A DNA stretch of 64,000 nucleotides from Patescibacteria group bacterium (GCA_050942955.1 JBMNOG010000001.1:4347-68346); one strand, 5' to 3'; counted from the stretch's first letter, positions 35,291 through 45,387 are shown. Numbers and translations: made by a program. Notes: generated by a model from the letters alone, not told the origin.

Positions 35291-36545
35291 TTCTTGCAGA
35301 GATATCAGGAGAAATCTGGAAAGTTTTAGCTTCAAACATAATGGTTTCAAAGCCAAAAACTTCCCGGCTTTTTTCATTGACAGCCCTAACTGCATCATAT
35401 ACCTTGCGCCAGTTTTTCTTTACTTCCTCAAAGATATCAATACCAAATCCTTTTTCCAAAATTTCATCGTACTCCCAGCGCTTCTTGGGATTGGAAAACA
35501 AAACCTTGCAAACGTGGTACTGATTAGAATCGTACGGCAGTTTCAGACGCTTATCTCCGAAAATAATTACACTATCACTTTTATTAAAGAGTAGGGTAGG
35601 AGTCTTTTCTTTCTTGCTAACCGTCACTAAAGGTAAAACATCCTTTCCCAAAAGCCATCTAGCGCTTACTATCATAATTCCTGTAACAACGATACCTGCA
35701 GTTAAAGAAAAAGCCACATGCTTATAAAGATTTTCTCTAATTTGTTTAAGAGAATACCCACTAATAACCAAACCCACAGGTTGAGAGGAACTTTTATACA
35801 TAGGGTAGAAGTACACTAAATATGGTTCTTTAGTTTTCTCATCTTCAATTGTTTGAAATCCCTGTTTGAGATGTTTAGCTACATAACTTCTGTCAATATA
35901 AGAAGGTAAGTTGTCTTTTCTCAAAAGTGTCTTATTAAACTTGTCTACCACTTCGAAAGCGATTTTATTGCTTACTTTGGTTCCATCTACCTTGGAAACG
36001 TCAATCCCTGTTTGTGATACGGCTGTTTGCGAAAGGATTTCATACGCTGCATATTTTAACTGAGCATCAACTTCTTCAATCGAAGAGAACTCTGGCTGAG
36101 CATAGCCCGTCGTTATAACTCCAACGACTGTGTTATCTTTGAAAATCGGCTGTGAGAAGAGCTGCCACCGCTGACCTACTGGAGTAGTTATAATCTGTGG
36201 AGTTTGGAAAGAAGAGCTAAAACGATAATCTGAAATATCCAGAAAGCCGTTAATCATATTCTTCTTATCAATAACAAAGCCGTCAATCGTAATAACATAC
36301 AACGGTCCTGAGTGGGAAATTTTGGAGTTAACATACGCTGACACATCCCACAGACCCTCTTTGTACGAAATTGTTTCCGAGACCACTCGGGTAGTATTTT
36401 TTAAATCGGAGCGTAAGCTTCTTTCAGATGACCAGGAGTAATAAATTAGGTTAGCTACTATGTAAATACAGGAAAAAATTGCTAAAGGAAAAAGAATTTT
36501 CGATAAAACAGATTCCTTAAAACTAGAGATAAACACTTTCTTCAT
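35274..36545 (-). CDS. Membrane-anchored sensor/regulator: two TMs flanking a Cache-like region, C-terminal winged-HTH
   Basis: TM-periplasmic-TM topology; C-terminal QYHVCKVLF...WEYDEI.E...WRKVYDAVRAVNEK. Confidence 0.65.
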   Translation of the reverse strand: MKKVFISSFKESVLSKILFPLAIFSCIYIVANLIYYSWSSERSLRSDLKNTTRVVSETISYKEGLWDVSAYVNSKISHSGPLYVITIDGFVIDKKNMINGFLDISDYRFSSSFQTPQIITTPVGQRWQLFSQPIFKDNTVVGVITTGYAQPEFSSIEEVDAQLKYAAYEILSQTAVSQTGIDVSKVDGTKVSNKIAFEVVDKFNKTLLRKDNLPSYIDRSYVAKHLKQGFQTIEDEKTKEPYLVYFYPMYKSSSQPVGLVISGYSLKQIRENLYKHVAFSLTAGIVVTGIMIVSARWLLGKDVLPLVTVSKKEKTPTLLFNKSDSVIIFGDKRLKLPYDSNQYHVCKVLFSNPKKRWEYDEILEKGFGIDIFEEVKKNWRKVYDAVRAVNEKSREVFGFETIMFEAKTFQISPDISARKIESN

Positions 36546-36672
36546 AACTGATTCATTAACTGCTCGTTATAGTAAAGAGTCATACTTACCAGTCAGATAA
36601 CGTTACTGCTGATAGTTTAATAAGATTTGACGCCACTGCCATTATAAATATTAATTACTAAAAGCTAAAGTT

Positions 36673-37491
36673 ATGAAAATTCTTAAACTTAATGAAAATA
36701 CCTCTATTCCAATTCTTGGCCTTGGAACCTGGGAACTAACCGGTTCCGAGTGTACAGAGATCGTAGAAAAGGCTCTGGAAATAGGCTACAGGCATATCGA
36801 TACCGCAGACGCTTATGGCAACCACCAGGAAATTGCCAAAGCTCTTAAAGAGAGCAAAGTACCAAGAAAGGAATTGTTTATTACGACAAAACTGTGGCGG
36901 ACAAACATGCACGCTAGAAATGCTATCGAGGCTGGGAAAAGAGCCTTAGAAGAATTAGAGGCTGACTACATTGATCTTTATCTTATCCACTGGCCAAATC
37001 GGAGCGTTCCCATTACTGAAACTCTGGAAGCCATGAACACCTTAAAAGAAGAAGGGTTAGTAAAAGCTATTGGAGTCTCAAACTTTACTATTAACCACCT
37101 TAAAGATGCTCTTGAGACCGGTATTGAGATCACCAACAACCAGATTGAGTTTCACCCAAGTTTAAACCAAAGAGAGTTAAAAGACTTTTGTGACAGTAAA
37201 GGGATTACCATAACCGGATACTCACCCTTTGCTAGAGGAGAGGATCTGGATTTACCAGTAATTCAGGAAATTGCGCAAAAGCATAATAGAAGTGTCGCTC
37301 AGGTCATTTTAAACTGGTTGATGCAGAAAAACATTATTGCTATTCCCAAAGCCTCAAGTGAAAAACATTTGAAAGATAATTTTGCCTCACTCAAATGGAA
37401 ACTTTCAAAGGAAGATTTGAAACGAATTGATACTGTTAACCACGAACCTAACCGAACTGTAACCCCACCCTGGGCTGATTTTGGGTACTGA
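36673..37491 (+). CDS. Aldo/keto reductase
   Basis: GLGTW, GYRHIDTADAY, DLYLIHWP, AIGVSNF, IPKAS. Confidence 0.96.
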   Translation: MKILKLNENTSIPILGLGTWELTGSECTEIVEKALEIGYRHIDTADAYGNHQEIAKALKESKVPRKELFITTKLWRTNMHARNAIEAGKRALEELEADYIDLYLIHWPNRSVPITETLEAMNTLKEEGLVKAIGVSNFTINHLKDALETGIEITNNQIEFHPSLNQRELKDFCDSKGITITGYSPFARGEDLDLPVIQEIAQKHNRSVAQVILNWLMQKNIIAIPKASSEKHLKDNFASLKWKLSKEDLKRIDTVNHEPNRTVTPPWADFGY

Positions 37492-37530
37492 AAACATTTT
37501 TAAATAAGATCTTATACAAAAATCTTACTA

Positions 37531-37758
37531 CTACCTGTTTGCCTCAAACACTACCCCTCCTTGCTGAATAAACTCACTTCCCACAGTACAGGTTTCACAA
37601 TGACCATTACTTCCATTTCCACACTGTATAGCTAATCCTAAAGCTTCCATTATATCTAAACCTCTTCCGTCATCTCCTGCACTCAAACCTTCGGTGGTTA
37701 AGGAAACCTGAATAAATGCATCTCTTAAAGCCCTTAGTTTAGGACATTCGCTTGACAT
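37531..37758 (-). CDS. Small Cys-containing hypothetical protein
   Basis: SD GGAGG before ATG; four Cys including HCETC. Confidence 0.55.
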   Translation of the reverse strand: MSSECPKLRALRDAFIQVSLTTEGLSAGDDGRGLDIMEALGLAIQCGNGSNGHCETCTVGSEFIQQGGVVFEANR

Positions 37759-37775
37759 ACTTCCTCCATAACTTT

Positions 37776-38591
37776 TTATAACAGTGCTCTTATTTTCTCA
37801 ATCGCTTTTTCAGTCTGAACTTCGCCTTGCTTTATGTATCGTTGTCCTTTCATAAACTCTGTTAAATGAACATAAGGAATTTGAGGGTTAATAACAATAT
37901 CTGCACCTTTTTCATTCTCTTTTGCCAGGTAGTAAAGCAAGAGCACTATTGAGGATCCTGCAACAGACAAGGTGTTCAGCTTGGGGGTTTTCTGAGGAGA
38001 AAAGTGATACAGGTTAACTGCTACAACAACATCAGCTCCCATTTGCCTCACTACATCAACTGGTAAAGGGCAGCAAATACCACCATCAACCAAGAGCTGG
38101 CCATCCACTTCCGTAGGTTGGAACAAAAAGGGGATAGAGGAACTTGCCCTAATAGCAGTCGCCAAACACCCTTTATCTAAAATTTCCCTCTGTCCAGTTG
38201 TAACATTAGTTGCTATTGCCCTAAAAGGTACAGACAGATCTTCAATTTTTTGGTTTCCCAGCTGCTCACGCAAAAATTTCTCTGCTTTTTCGCCTTTAAA
38301 CAACCCCGCCTTAGAAATAAGGTCAGAAAAAACGGACAAAAACTTTTGATAGTTTATTTCACTAGCCAGATTCTCGATCCGTTCAATGTCTTGCCAGGCT
38401 GCAAAAAGGCCTCCAACAAGAGCTCCTGCACTGGAGCCAGCAATGTAGTCAATGGGGATGTTGTGTTTGAGGAGAGTTTTAATAACCCCAATGTGCGCTA
38501 ATCCTCTAGCGCCACCACTTCCTAAAACCAAACCAAGTTTCTTTCGCTTGTTATTTGATGCACCTTTTGAAGATCGCCTGAGCCCAAACAT
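37776..38591 (-). CDS. Patatin-like phospholipase (RssA-like)
   Basis: LGSGGARGLAHIGV, GSSAG, DGG. Confidence 0.94.
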   Translation of the reverse strand: MFGLRRSSKGASNNKRKKLGLVLGSGGARGLAHIGVIKTLLKHNIPIDYIAGSSAGALVGGLFAAWQDIERIENLASEINYQKFLSVFSDLISKAGLFKGEKAEKFLREQLGNQKIEDLSVPFRAIATNVTTGQREILDKGCLATAIRASSSIPFLFQPTEVDGQLLVDGGICCPLPVDVVRQMGADVVVAVNLYHFSPQKTPKLNTLSVAGSSIVLLLYYLAKENEKGADIVINPQIPYVHLTEFMKGQRYIKQGEVQTEKAIEKIRALL

Positions 38592-38617
38592 AGATTCATT
38601 TTAGTCATAAATTGATC

Positions 38618-39469
38618 TTACTTGAAAGAAGCAACTAATTCTCCAATATCAATCATTTCTATAGATTGATTGAGAAGAGGAGTAGTTTTTAGCTGTGGCA
38701 GGAAGGAACTATAGGCAGGTCTATTTGATTTATAAATAACTCCTGTTGCCAGTTTTTCCGGCTCTTCATCTAAGACTTTTAGAGCCTCGTCCTTTGACAG
38801 ACCATTACCATTTTCAAGTTTATGTATTCTTTCCTTGTACCAAGCAACATCCATATCTTTATTAAATGATGGGCACGGCTGGAGGACTTCTACTAGAGAA
38901 AAGCCTTTATGCTTAATAGCTGCTTCAATAAGGTCTGTTAATTGCTGGGGATCTACTGCAAAACCTCTGGCAACAAAACCTGCATCATGAAGAACTGCAG
39001 TTTTGAGGGGTTGGAAAGGGATCTCGATGACTCCAAATGGGGTGGACTTTGTCTTTGCGCCCTGAAAGGCAACGGGTGAGCGCTGGCCGGTAGTTAAACT
39101 GTATAGCCGGTTATTATGTACAATCGCAGTAATATTGAAATTCCCCCGTACTGCTTCAATAAAATGCTCTACGCCTTCCCCATATAAACCGCCATCACCA
39201 CCAATAGCAACAACCGGAAACTGGTGGTGAGCCAGATGAACCCCAATAGCTGTTGAGATAGCGCGGCCATGCAGCCCGTGAATACCATACGTACTGAGAA
39301 AGTCTGCCATATTACTCGAGCAGCCAACATCATAAACCATACACACATCATCTTTAGTGAAGTTTAGTCTAGTAAAGGCATTTTTAAGAGCCGACCAGAC
39401 TCCAAAGTTACCACAACCAGGACACCAGGTAGGTACAATTCTTGAGTTATAGTCTTGTTGAGTAGTCAT
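38618..39469 (-). CDS. 2-oxoacid:ferredoxin oxidoreductase beta subunit
   Basis: WCPGCGN, HGLHGRA, GGDG, NN..Y.LT.GQ.SP, QPCPSFN. Confidence 0.95.
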   Translation of the reverse strand: MTTQQDYNSRIVPTWCPGCGNFGVWSALKNAFTRLNFTKDDVCMVYDVGCSSNMADFLSTYGIHGLHGRAISTAIGVHLAHHQFPVVAIGGDGGLYGEGVEHFIEAVRGNFNITAIVHNNRLYSLTTGQRSPVAFQGAKTKSTPFGVIEIPFQPLKTAVLHDAGFVARGFAVDPQQLTDLIEAAIKHKGFSLVEVLQPCPSFNKDMDVAWYKERIHKLENGNGLSKDEALKVLDEEPEKLATGVIYKSNRPAYSSFLPQLKTTPLLNQSIEMIDIGELVASFK

Positions 39470-39473
39470 GCGT

Positions 39474-41168
39474 TTATTTAAGATTTCTAATCCAAGTTAC
39501 TATATCTTCAGGGTAGAATGGTCGCCCATCATACCTTCGCAAGGAAGCAGCCATCTCAATCCCTGTTTGTTCACGGATAAGAGACTCGAGTTGCCCTAAT
39601 TTATTACCCTCTACACATATCACTCTTTTTGCAGCCTTAAGGACTTTAGTAACTTGCTTCTTTGGAAATGGCCAGACATAGTTAAAGTGAAGGTAGCTTG
39701 TGTTCTCAAGCTCTTTAAGGGCCTCACGCACAGATCCCATCGTACTCCCAAAACCAACAATAACAGTTCCAGCCTCTTTATCGCCGTATAATGGTAGTTC
39801 CCAAAGGTCCTGCTTTACTGTTTCCAGTTTTTGCAACCGTTTATCCATTTGCTGAACTCTTTCTTTAGGGTCCTCAGTAACCAAAGAGTCTTCGCCGTGT
39901 TCATAACTATTGGCGATAAGCGATGCCCTGTTTACCTGCCCTAAAACTGGTCTTGGAGAAACACCGGTATCAGTAAGTTTATAACGTCTATACTCCTTGT
40001 AAAGGCCACCACTAGCAAACCCGTACCGTTTGTTTTTCACCAAATTCTCGAAGGGTGTTGTACTTTGGTAACTTTCACTCAAAACCTTGTCTACAAGAAT
40101 AAGTGCAGGCATCTGATACTTTTCTGACAATTCTAAAGCTTTACGAGTCAATTCAAAGCATTCTTGGATATCTCCCGGAGTAAAAACAAGCCTAGGAAAT
40201 TCATCTTGGGATGCATTGATAGCAAATTTCATATCCCCCTGTCCCGTCCATGTTGGTAATCCTGTAGCTGGTCCCGGTCTCATAGAAATTACTATCACGA
40301 CAGGTACTTCTCCAATTCCTGCAAAACCTAAAGCCTCTACCATTAAGGAAAATCCACCACCAGCACTAGCAGTCATAGTTCTCACACCAGCGGCAGCAGC
40401 TCCGATAGCGGAGTTTATGGCTCCAACTTCATTTTCCGTATGGTTAACCACGATACTAAAGTTTCTATCTTGCGCTGCAAGAGTATGGAGTATTGAGGTT
40501 GCCGGTGTCATTGGATAAGCGGCATAGTACTTTAATCCTCCAGCAATAGCCCCCACACTAATCGCTTCATTGCCTGTAAGAACTATCTGTTCTTTTTCTT
40601 GAGGTTTTTCAAGCCCTATCTTTAATTCATTAAATTGCTGCTTTATATAATTAAATCCTGCTTCTGCAGCCTTTTTATTTGCCTCTACGACGTTACTACC
40701 TTTATCGCTAAAAGTATCGACAATAATTTCGTAAAGAACCTGGATATCCAAACTACAAAGACAACAAATAGCACCGAGAGAAACCATATTCGACATAATA
40801 GCCATGCCGCCTGCATCTTCAGCAAGCTTTGCCCAGGGTATTTCAACCGCTACTGCTTTGGTTGGGGTAGTTACTCTTTGTGGATCGTATAAAACTAAAG
40901 ATTCTTTAGAAAGTTCATCTTCGTGCATTCTAATCGTTTCATCATCCAAGGCTATGAGAATGTCTAGTTTCCTATGCTGAGAGTAAACTTTTTCTTTGCC
41001 TGCAAAAACTTGGAACGTATTGTGACCGCCACGGACCAAAGAAGGATACTCGTCGTAAGAGAAAATAGAAAACCCGGAGCGTGAGAAAATTTTGGAAAGA
41101 ATAAGTCCTGTGACTTTTATACCTTCACCTGCTTTACCGCCGATTTTAATGTTTATACTAGAGTTCAT
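39474..41168 (-). CDS. 2-oxoacid:ferredoxin oxidoreductase alpha subunit (gamma-alpha fusion)
   Basis: GGKAGEG, YPSLVRGGH, GNEA, YPMTPAT, RPGPATGLPT, EGN..GQL, YDGRPF. Confidence 0.95.
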   Translation of the reverse strand: MNSSINIKIGGKAGEGIKVTGLILSKIFSRSGFSIFSYDEYPSLVRGGHNTFQVFAGKEKVYSQHRKLDILIALDDETIRMHEDELSKESLVLYDPQRVTTPTKAVAVEIPWAKLAEDAGGMAIMSNMVSLGAICCLCSLDIQVLYEIIVDTFSDKGSNVVEANKKAAEAGFNYIKQQFNELKIGLEKPQEKEQIVLTGNEAISVGAIAGGLKYYAAYPMTPATSILHTLAAQDRNFSIVVNHTENEVGAINSAIGAAAAGVRTMTASAGGGFSLMVEALGFAGIGEVPVVIVISMRPGPATGLPTWTGQGDMKFAINASQDEFPRLVFTPGDIQECFELTRKALELSEKYQMPALILVDKVLSESYQSTTPFENLVKNKRYGFASGGLYKEYRRYKLTDTGVSPRPVLGQVNRASLIANSYEHGEDSLVTEDPKERVQQMDKRLQKLETVKQDLWELPLYGDKEAGTVIVGFGSTMGSVREALKELENTSYLHFNYVWPFPKKQVTKVLKAAKRVICVEGNKLGQLESLIREQTGIEMAASLRRYDGRPFYPEDIVTWIRNLK

Positions 41169-41338
41169 ATAAGTAGGTTTTTTAACTACAAGTAAAGAGT
41201 TTACAACTGTATTGGGGAAGGTGCAACCCGAAAAACTACCAGGCTTTTTAAGGATATAACTAACTCTTCCTTCCCATATAATGAGTATATAGGTTACTCT
41301 TGTGAAAAAGTTTAGAAAATGGGTGATATTTTCCCAAC

Positions 41339-41371
41339 AAAAAAGCGGCGGACAAAATGCCTGCCGCTTTT
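41339..41371 (-). terminator. Intrinsic terminator of the thioredoxin-like gene
   Basis: AAAAGCGGCGG...CCTGCCGCTTTT stem; U-tract on the minus strand. Confidence 0.75.
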
Positions 41372-41388
41372 CACTATACTTAGGTCGT

Positions 41389-42006
41389 TTACTTCAGTAC
41401 ATCTTCTATCGCAGCTTTTAGCTCTGCCGCTTCTTTTGCTTTACCAGATTCTCCTTCACGCTCGTATGCATTTCCGACTCTAAAGTACTTACAACCAACT
41501 ACAAATGTTGGAACAGTACCTTCAGGATTAAATTCAAAGTAAGTATTCTCATGTTGGGGAGGAACGGCTGTTTCAATTTCAGAAGTTACAGTATTATCCT
41601 TTGTATCGAATTCCCAATGATAGGCAGCTATCTGACCCGCATTCATAAATGGAGCGACTACTTCATCAAACGTATCTGCAATCCATACACAATGAGGACA
41701 TCTAGTGGTTGAAAAAAGGTAAACTAGAGGCTTTCCGTCTTCTTTACAGATTTCAGCATCTTTTTTCTCCATAAATGTGGCAATACCTGCTGCTGTAGGA
41801 GCAACTGTTTCCAGTCCCTCAGAAATAGAAGGTTGCTGCTGTGGTGCTGTCTCTTCTACTTTTGCTTGTTCTCCAGCCACTGTTTCATTTTTTTCAAGCT
41901 GTTGGACTTGAGCCGAGAGTCTACCCACAAAGAAAGCAGCAATAACTAAAAGGCTAACTAGAATACCTGTAAGCAGTGAGGGCTTAGGACTTTGATTGTC
42001 AGACAT
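41389..42006 (-). CDS. Membrane-anchored thioredoxin-fold protein
   Basis: SD AGGAG; TM; CPHC active site; cis-Pro VPTF. Confidence 0.85.
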   Translation of the reverse strand: MSDNQSPKPSLLTGILVSLLVIAAFFVGRLSAQVQQLEKNETVAGEQAKVEETAPQQQPSISEGLETVAPTAAGIATFMEKKDAEICKEDGKPLVYLFSTTRCPHCVWIADTFDEVVAPFMNAGQIAAYHWEFDTKDNTVTSEIETAVPPQHENTYFEFNPEGTVPTFVVGCKYFRVGNAYEREGESGKAKEAAELKAAIEDVLK

Positions 42007-42151
42007 ATACATCTCCTGAATTTTTAACCTGATTTGCACCAATTCTACCCGAAGCAGCAATTAAGTGCAAAAGCAAACACACCATATATATAATAAACGA
42101 ATGTCTTGTTTGTTTTTAAATGATTTTGTTGGTACAATAATGATGTTTTAT

Positions 42152-42277
42152 CTCAGCGCCAGAGCAGACCTCACCAACCTGCAAGCTGAGGGCAAACCAG
42201 CCTAAACGGGGTTAAATAAGTATAAGAAAGAGTGGAACCGCGTAACCGCCTCTTGTGAAAAATAGGCGGTTTTTTTT
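42152..42277 (+). promoter_or_regulatory. T-box riboswitch (Thr) with intrinsic terminator upstream of thrS
   Basis: Antiterminator AAGAG-TGGAACC-GCG-TAAC-CGC-CTCTT; terminator AACCGCCT/AGGCGGTT + U-tract; short stem I CTCAGC/GCTGAG with ACC triplets in the apical loop; extended -10 TGGTACAAT at 42130. Confidence 0.85.
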
Positions 42278-42331
42278 ATAACAGCTTATAAAGTTTGAAA
42301 ACCAAAGAGTAATACTCATTGGTAAAAAGAT

Positions 42332-44128
42332 ATGTCAAAAGTAAATGAAAACTTGAATAACCTTTCTGAAAAAGAACAACACCTTTTAGCTATACGGCAT
42401 AGTGCAGAACATGTCCTAACTATGGCTATGCGCACATTTTTTCCTCGCATGAAAATGGCAATGGGACCGGCTACGTCCGATGGCTTTTATTTTGATGTTG
42501 ATTTGGAAGACCAAAAAATTACCGAAGATGATTTTAGCAAACTTGAGAGGGAGATGTACCGAATCATCAATAAGAAGCTTCCTATAGAAGGAGAAGAGAT
42601 TTCTGTAAAAGAGGCCAGAAAACTCTTTGAAGGCAACGAGTATAAACAAGAGTGGCTTGATGAAATTGAAGCAAAAGGAGAAAAGGTTACAATCTACTGG
42701 ATTGGCAAAGGCAACAAAGATGAGTTTGTTGATCTTTGCAGTGGTCCCCATGTTACCAACACGTCTGAAATTGGCACTGTTAAACTTCTGTCTCTTGCCG
42801 GAGCCTACTGGAGAGGAGATGAGAAAAATAAAATGCTCACTCGCATCTACGGCACTGCTTTTGAGACAAAAGAAGAACTTCAGGATTATTTGCATATGCT
42901 TGAAGAGGCCAGAAAACGTGATCACCGAAAACTTGGCCAGGAACTAGGACTATTTTTAATTGATGAAGAGATTGGGAAGGGTTTACCCTTATGGCTACCT
43001 AAAGGTGCAACACTTAGAAAAACACTTATGGATTTTGCGTTAAACACATATCTAGAAAGAGGATACAAACAAGTAGCAACTCCACACATTGGTAGTCAAT
43101 CTTTATGGGAGACTTCGGGTCACTGGTTTTTTTACAAAGATAGCCTTTACCAACCATTTGGAATCGAAGACGAACAGTATCTTTTAAAACCAATGAATTG
43201 TCCTTTTCATATCAAGATGTACCAAAGTCAAAGCCACAGCTATAGAGACCTTCCTGTTAGGTATACCGAGATGGGCACTGTGTATCGATATGAAAAGACT
43301 GGAGAATTGAGTGGTCTAACGAGAGTCCGCGGCTTCACTCAGGACGATGCTCACATTTTTTGTAGGCCGGACCAGCTTCACGAAGAATTAGTTAACACAA
43401 TTAAGTTAATTAAGTTTATTTGGGGAACGCTAGGTCTCACTGATTTTGAGGTTAGTCTGTCTGTAGGAGACTCTGAGAAAAGAGAAAAGTACTTAGGTGA
43501 TGAAGAACACTGGAAATTAGCGGAAGATGCTCTCGAAAAAGCCCTAATTGAAGAAAAGGTGCCTTATAAAAGATATCCCGGAGAAGCGGCTTTTTACGGA
43601 CCTAAGATTGATTTTCTTTTCTCAGATTCGCTGGGGCGAAAATGGCAGTGCTCCACAGTTCAGGTAGATTTTAATATGCCTTTTAAGTTTAAGATGGAAT
43701 ACATAGATCAGGAGGGTAAAAAAGTTCAGCCAATTATGCTCCACCGAGCGCTTTTAGGTTCCATCGAGAGATCATTAGCTATTCTCATTGAACACTACGC
43801 TGGAGCTTTTCCATTATGGCTTTCTCCTATACAGGTAGTTGTTATCCCAATTTCTGAGAAATTTACAAAGTACGGAGAAAAAATTGTAGGTCAACTGACA
43901 GAAATCGGTGCAAGAGTTGAGCTTGATAGCCGGGAAGAATCTATGCAGAAAAGGATACGAAGTGCTGAAAAGCAAAAGATTCCCTACATGCTGGTTGTGG
44001 GTGAAAAAGAAGAACAGAGCAGTACAGTCGCAGTACGCCAGCGAGGAAGAAAGGACCTGGGAGGTATGGGAATAGATACCTTTAAACAGAGAATAAACAA
44101 AGAGATAGAAAGTAAAGAAAACTGGTAA
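42332..44128 (+). CDS. thrS: Threonyl-tRNA synthetase
   Basis: RHSAEHVL, DLCSGPH, GAYWRGD, RDHRKLG, KPMNCP, RVRGFTQDDAH, HRALLGSIER. Confidence 0.98.
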   Translation: MSKVNENLNNLSEKEQHLLAIRHSAEHVLTMAMRTFFPRMKMAMGPATSDGFYFDVDLEDQKITEDDFSKLEREMYRIINKKLPIEGEEISVKEARKLFEGNEYKQEWLDEIEAKGEKVTIYWIGKGNKDEFVDLCSGPHVTNTSEIGTVKLLSLAGAYWRGDEKNKMLTRIYGTAFETKEELQDYLHMLEEARKRDHRKLGQELGLFLIDEEIGKGLPLWLPKGATLRKTLMDFALNTYLERGYKQVATPHIGSQSLWETSGHWFFYKDSLYQPFGIEDEQYLLKPMNCPFHIKMYQSQSHSYRDLPVRYTEMGTVYRYEKTGELSGLTRVRGFTQDDAHIFCRPDQLHEELVNTIKLIKFIWGTLGLTDFEVSLSVGDSEKREKYLGDEEHWKLAEDALEKALIEEKVPYKRYPGEAAFYGPKIDFLFSDSLGRKWQCSTVQVDFNMPFKFKMEYIDQEGKKVQPIMLHRALLGSIERSLAILIEHYAGAFPLWLSPIQVVVIPISEKFTKYGEKIVGQLTEIGARVELDSREESMQKRIRSAEKQKIPYMLVVGEKEEQSSTVAVRQRGRKDLGGMGIDTFKQRINKEIESKENW

Positions 44129-44216
44129 ATTGCATATTGCCTGGAGTTTTGATAAAATCCAGAGAAAGATACAGAAGGAATGCCTGTTACTAATCTTTCT
44201 GTATTTTTATTGAGCC

Positions 44217-44726
44217 ATTAAGAAGTATTACAGAGTAAACCAGAATATTAGAGTTCCGGAGGTCAGAGTCATAGATGCTGATGGGGAGAACTTGGGAGTC
44301 TTACGAACTGAGGAGGCTTTATTTAAGGCTAAACAAAAAGGCCTTGACCTAGTTGAGGTAACAGATAAAGCTAATCCACCTGTCTGCCGTATCATTGACT
44401 TTCGCAAGTTTAGGTATAAGGAACAAAAAAAGGATCAGGCAGGGAAAAAGAAGGGGAGAGCTCAGGATATTAAAGAGGTTAGGTTTACCCCTTTTATCGG
44501 AAGGTCTGATTTTGAAAGCAGAGTAAAGAAAATCAGGTCTTTTCTTGAAGAAGGAGATAAGGTAAAATTAACTGTCAAATTTGTCGGAAGACAAATTACT
44601 CGAAAAGATTTTGGTGACCGCATCATGGGCGAAGCTCTACAAGCGGTAGAAGATATTGCCAAAGTAGAATCTGAACCGACTCTACAAGGAAAGATGCTGG
44701 GAATGGTCATCAAACCAAAAAAGTAA
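44217..44726 (+). CDS. infC: Translation initiation factor IF-3 with non-canonical ATT start
   Basis: In-frame ATT at 44217 after an upstream TGA restores the conserved RVNQNIRVPEVRVID N-terminus; DLVEV..A.PPVC, GDKVK. Confidence 0.93.
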   Translation: MKKYYRVNQNIRVPEVRVIDADGENLGVLRTEEALFKAKQKGLDLVEVTDKANPPVCRIIDFRKFRYKEQKKDQAGKKKGRAQDIKEVRFTPFIGRSDFESRVKKIRSFLEEGDKVKLTVKFVGRQITRKDFGDRIMGEALQAVEDIAKVESEPTLQGKMLGMVIKPKK

Positions 44727-44785
44727 GTGAGTCTAAAATTCAAGCTACAAGTCTGTCTTGGTGTCTTGAATTTTAATTTTTTATT

Positions 44786-44980
44786 GTGCCAAAGCAAAAA
44801 ACTCGAAAATCAATATCAAAGCGCTTTAAGTTAACAAAATCCGGTAAGATTCTGCGCCGAACGATAGGCATGAGACACCTTAAAGCTAGCAAGTCTAAAA
44901 AACAGAGCCGCCGGCAAAAACAGGTTAACTATGTGACCGGAACAGTTGCTAAAAAATTAAAAAAGGTTTTAGAAGGATAA
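44786..44980 (+). CDS. rpmI: 50S ribosomal protein L35
   Basis: PKQKTRKSISKRFKLTKSGK; position between infC and rplT. Confidence 0.95.
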   Translation: MPKQKTRKSISKRFKLTKSGKILRRTIGMRHLKASKSKKQSRRQKQVNYVTGTVAKKLKKVLEG

Positions 44981-44983
44981 ACT

Positions 44984-45331
44984 ATGAGAGTCAAAACCGG
45001 GACAGTCCGGCATCACAAGCACAAGCAAGTATTGGGTAAGGCTAAAGGGATGCGTATGAGTATTCGCAAGCGCTTTAAATTAGCCAAACAAGCTGAACTT
45101 CATGCCGGAGAGTATGCTTTTGCAGGTAGGAAAGATCGCAAAAGCGACTTTAGAAGGCTTTGGATTCAACGAATTAATGCAGCTTTAAAAGAACTTGGAG
45201 TCGGATATAAAACGTTCATCTATGACCTCAAAAAGACTGGTATTAAACTTAATCGAAAGATGCTGGCAGATTTAGCGGTTAATAATCCAGAAGTTTTTGC
45301 TGAAGTTGTTAAAAAGGCACAAGCTAAGTAA
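44984..45331 (+). CDS. rplT: 50S ribosomal protein L20
   Basis: RVKTG, FRRLWIQRINAA, LNRKMLADLAV. Confidence 0.97.
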   Translation: MRVKTGTVRHHKHKQVLGKAKGMRMSIRKRFKLAKQAELHAGEYAFAGRKDRKSDFRRLWIQRINAALKELGVGYKTFIYDLKKTGIKLNRKMLADLAVNNPEVFAEVVKKAQAK

Positions 45332-45336
45332 ATAAT

Positions 45337-45387
45337 ATGATTGAGTCACTAAGCACTGTTTCATTTTTTTTCTTTACCCGCCATTAA
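45337..45387 (+). CDS. pheST leader peptide (PheM-like) MIESLSTVSFFFFTRH
   Basis: Four consecutive Phe codons overlapping attenuator segment 1, upstream of pheS. Confidence 0.8.
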   Translation: MIESLSTVSFFFFTRH

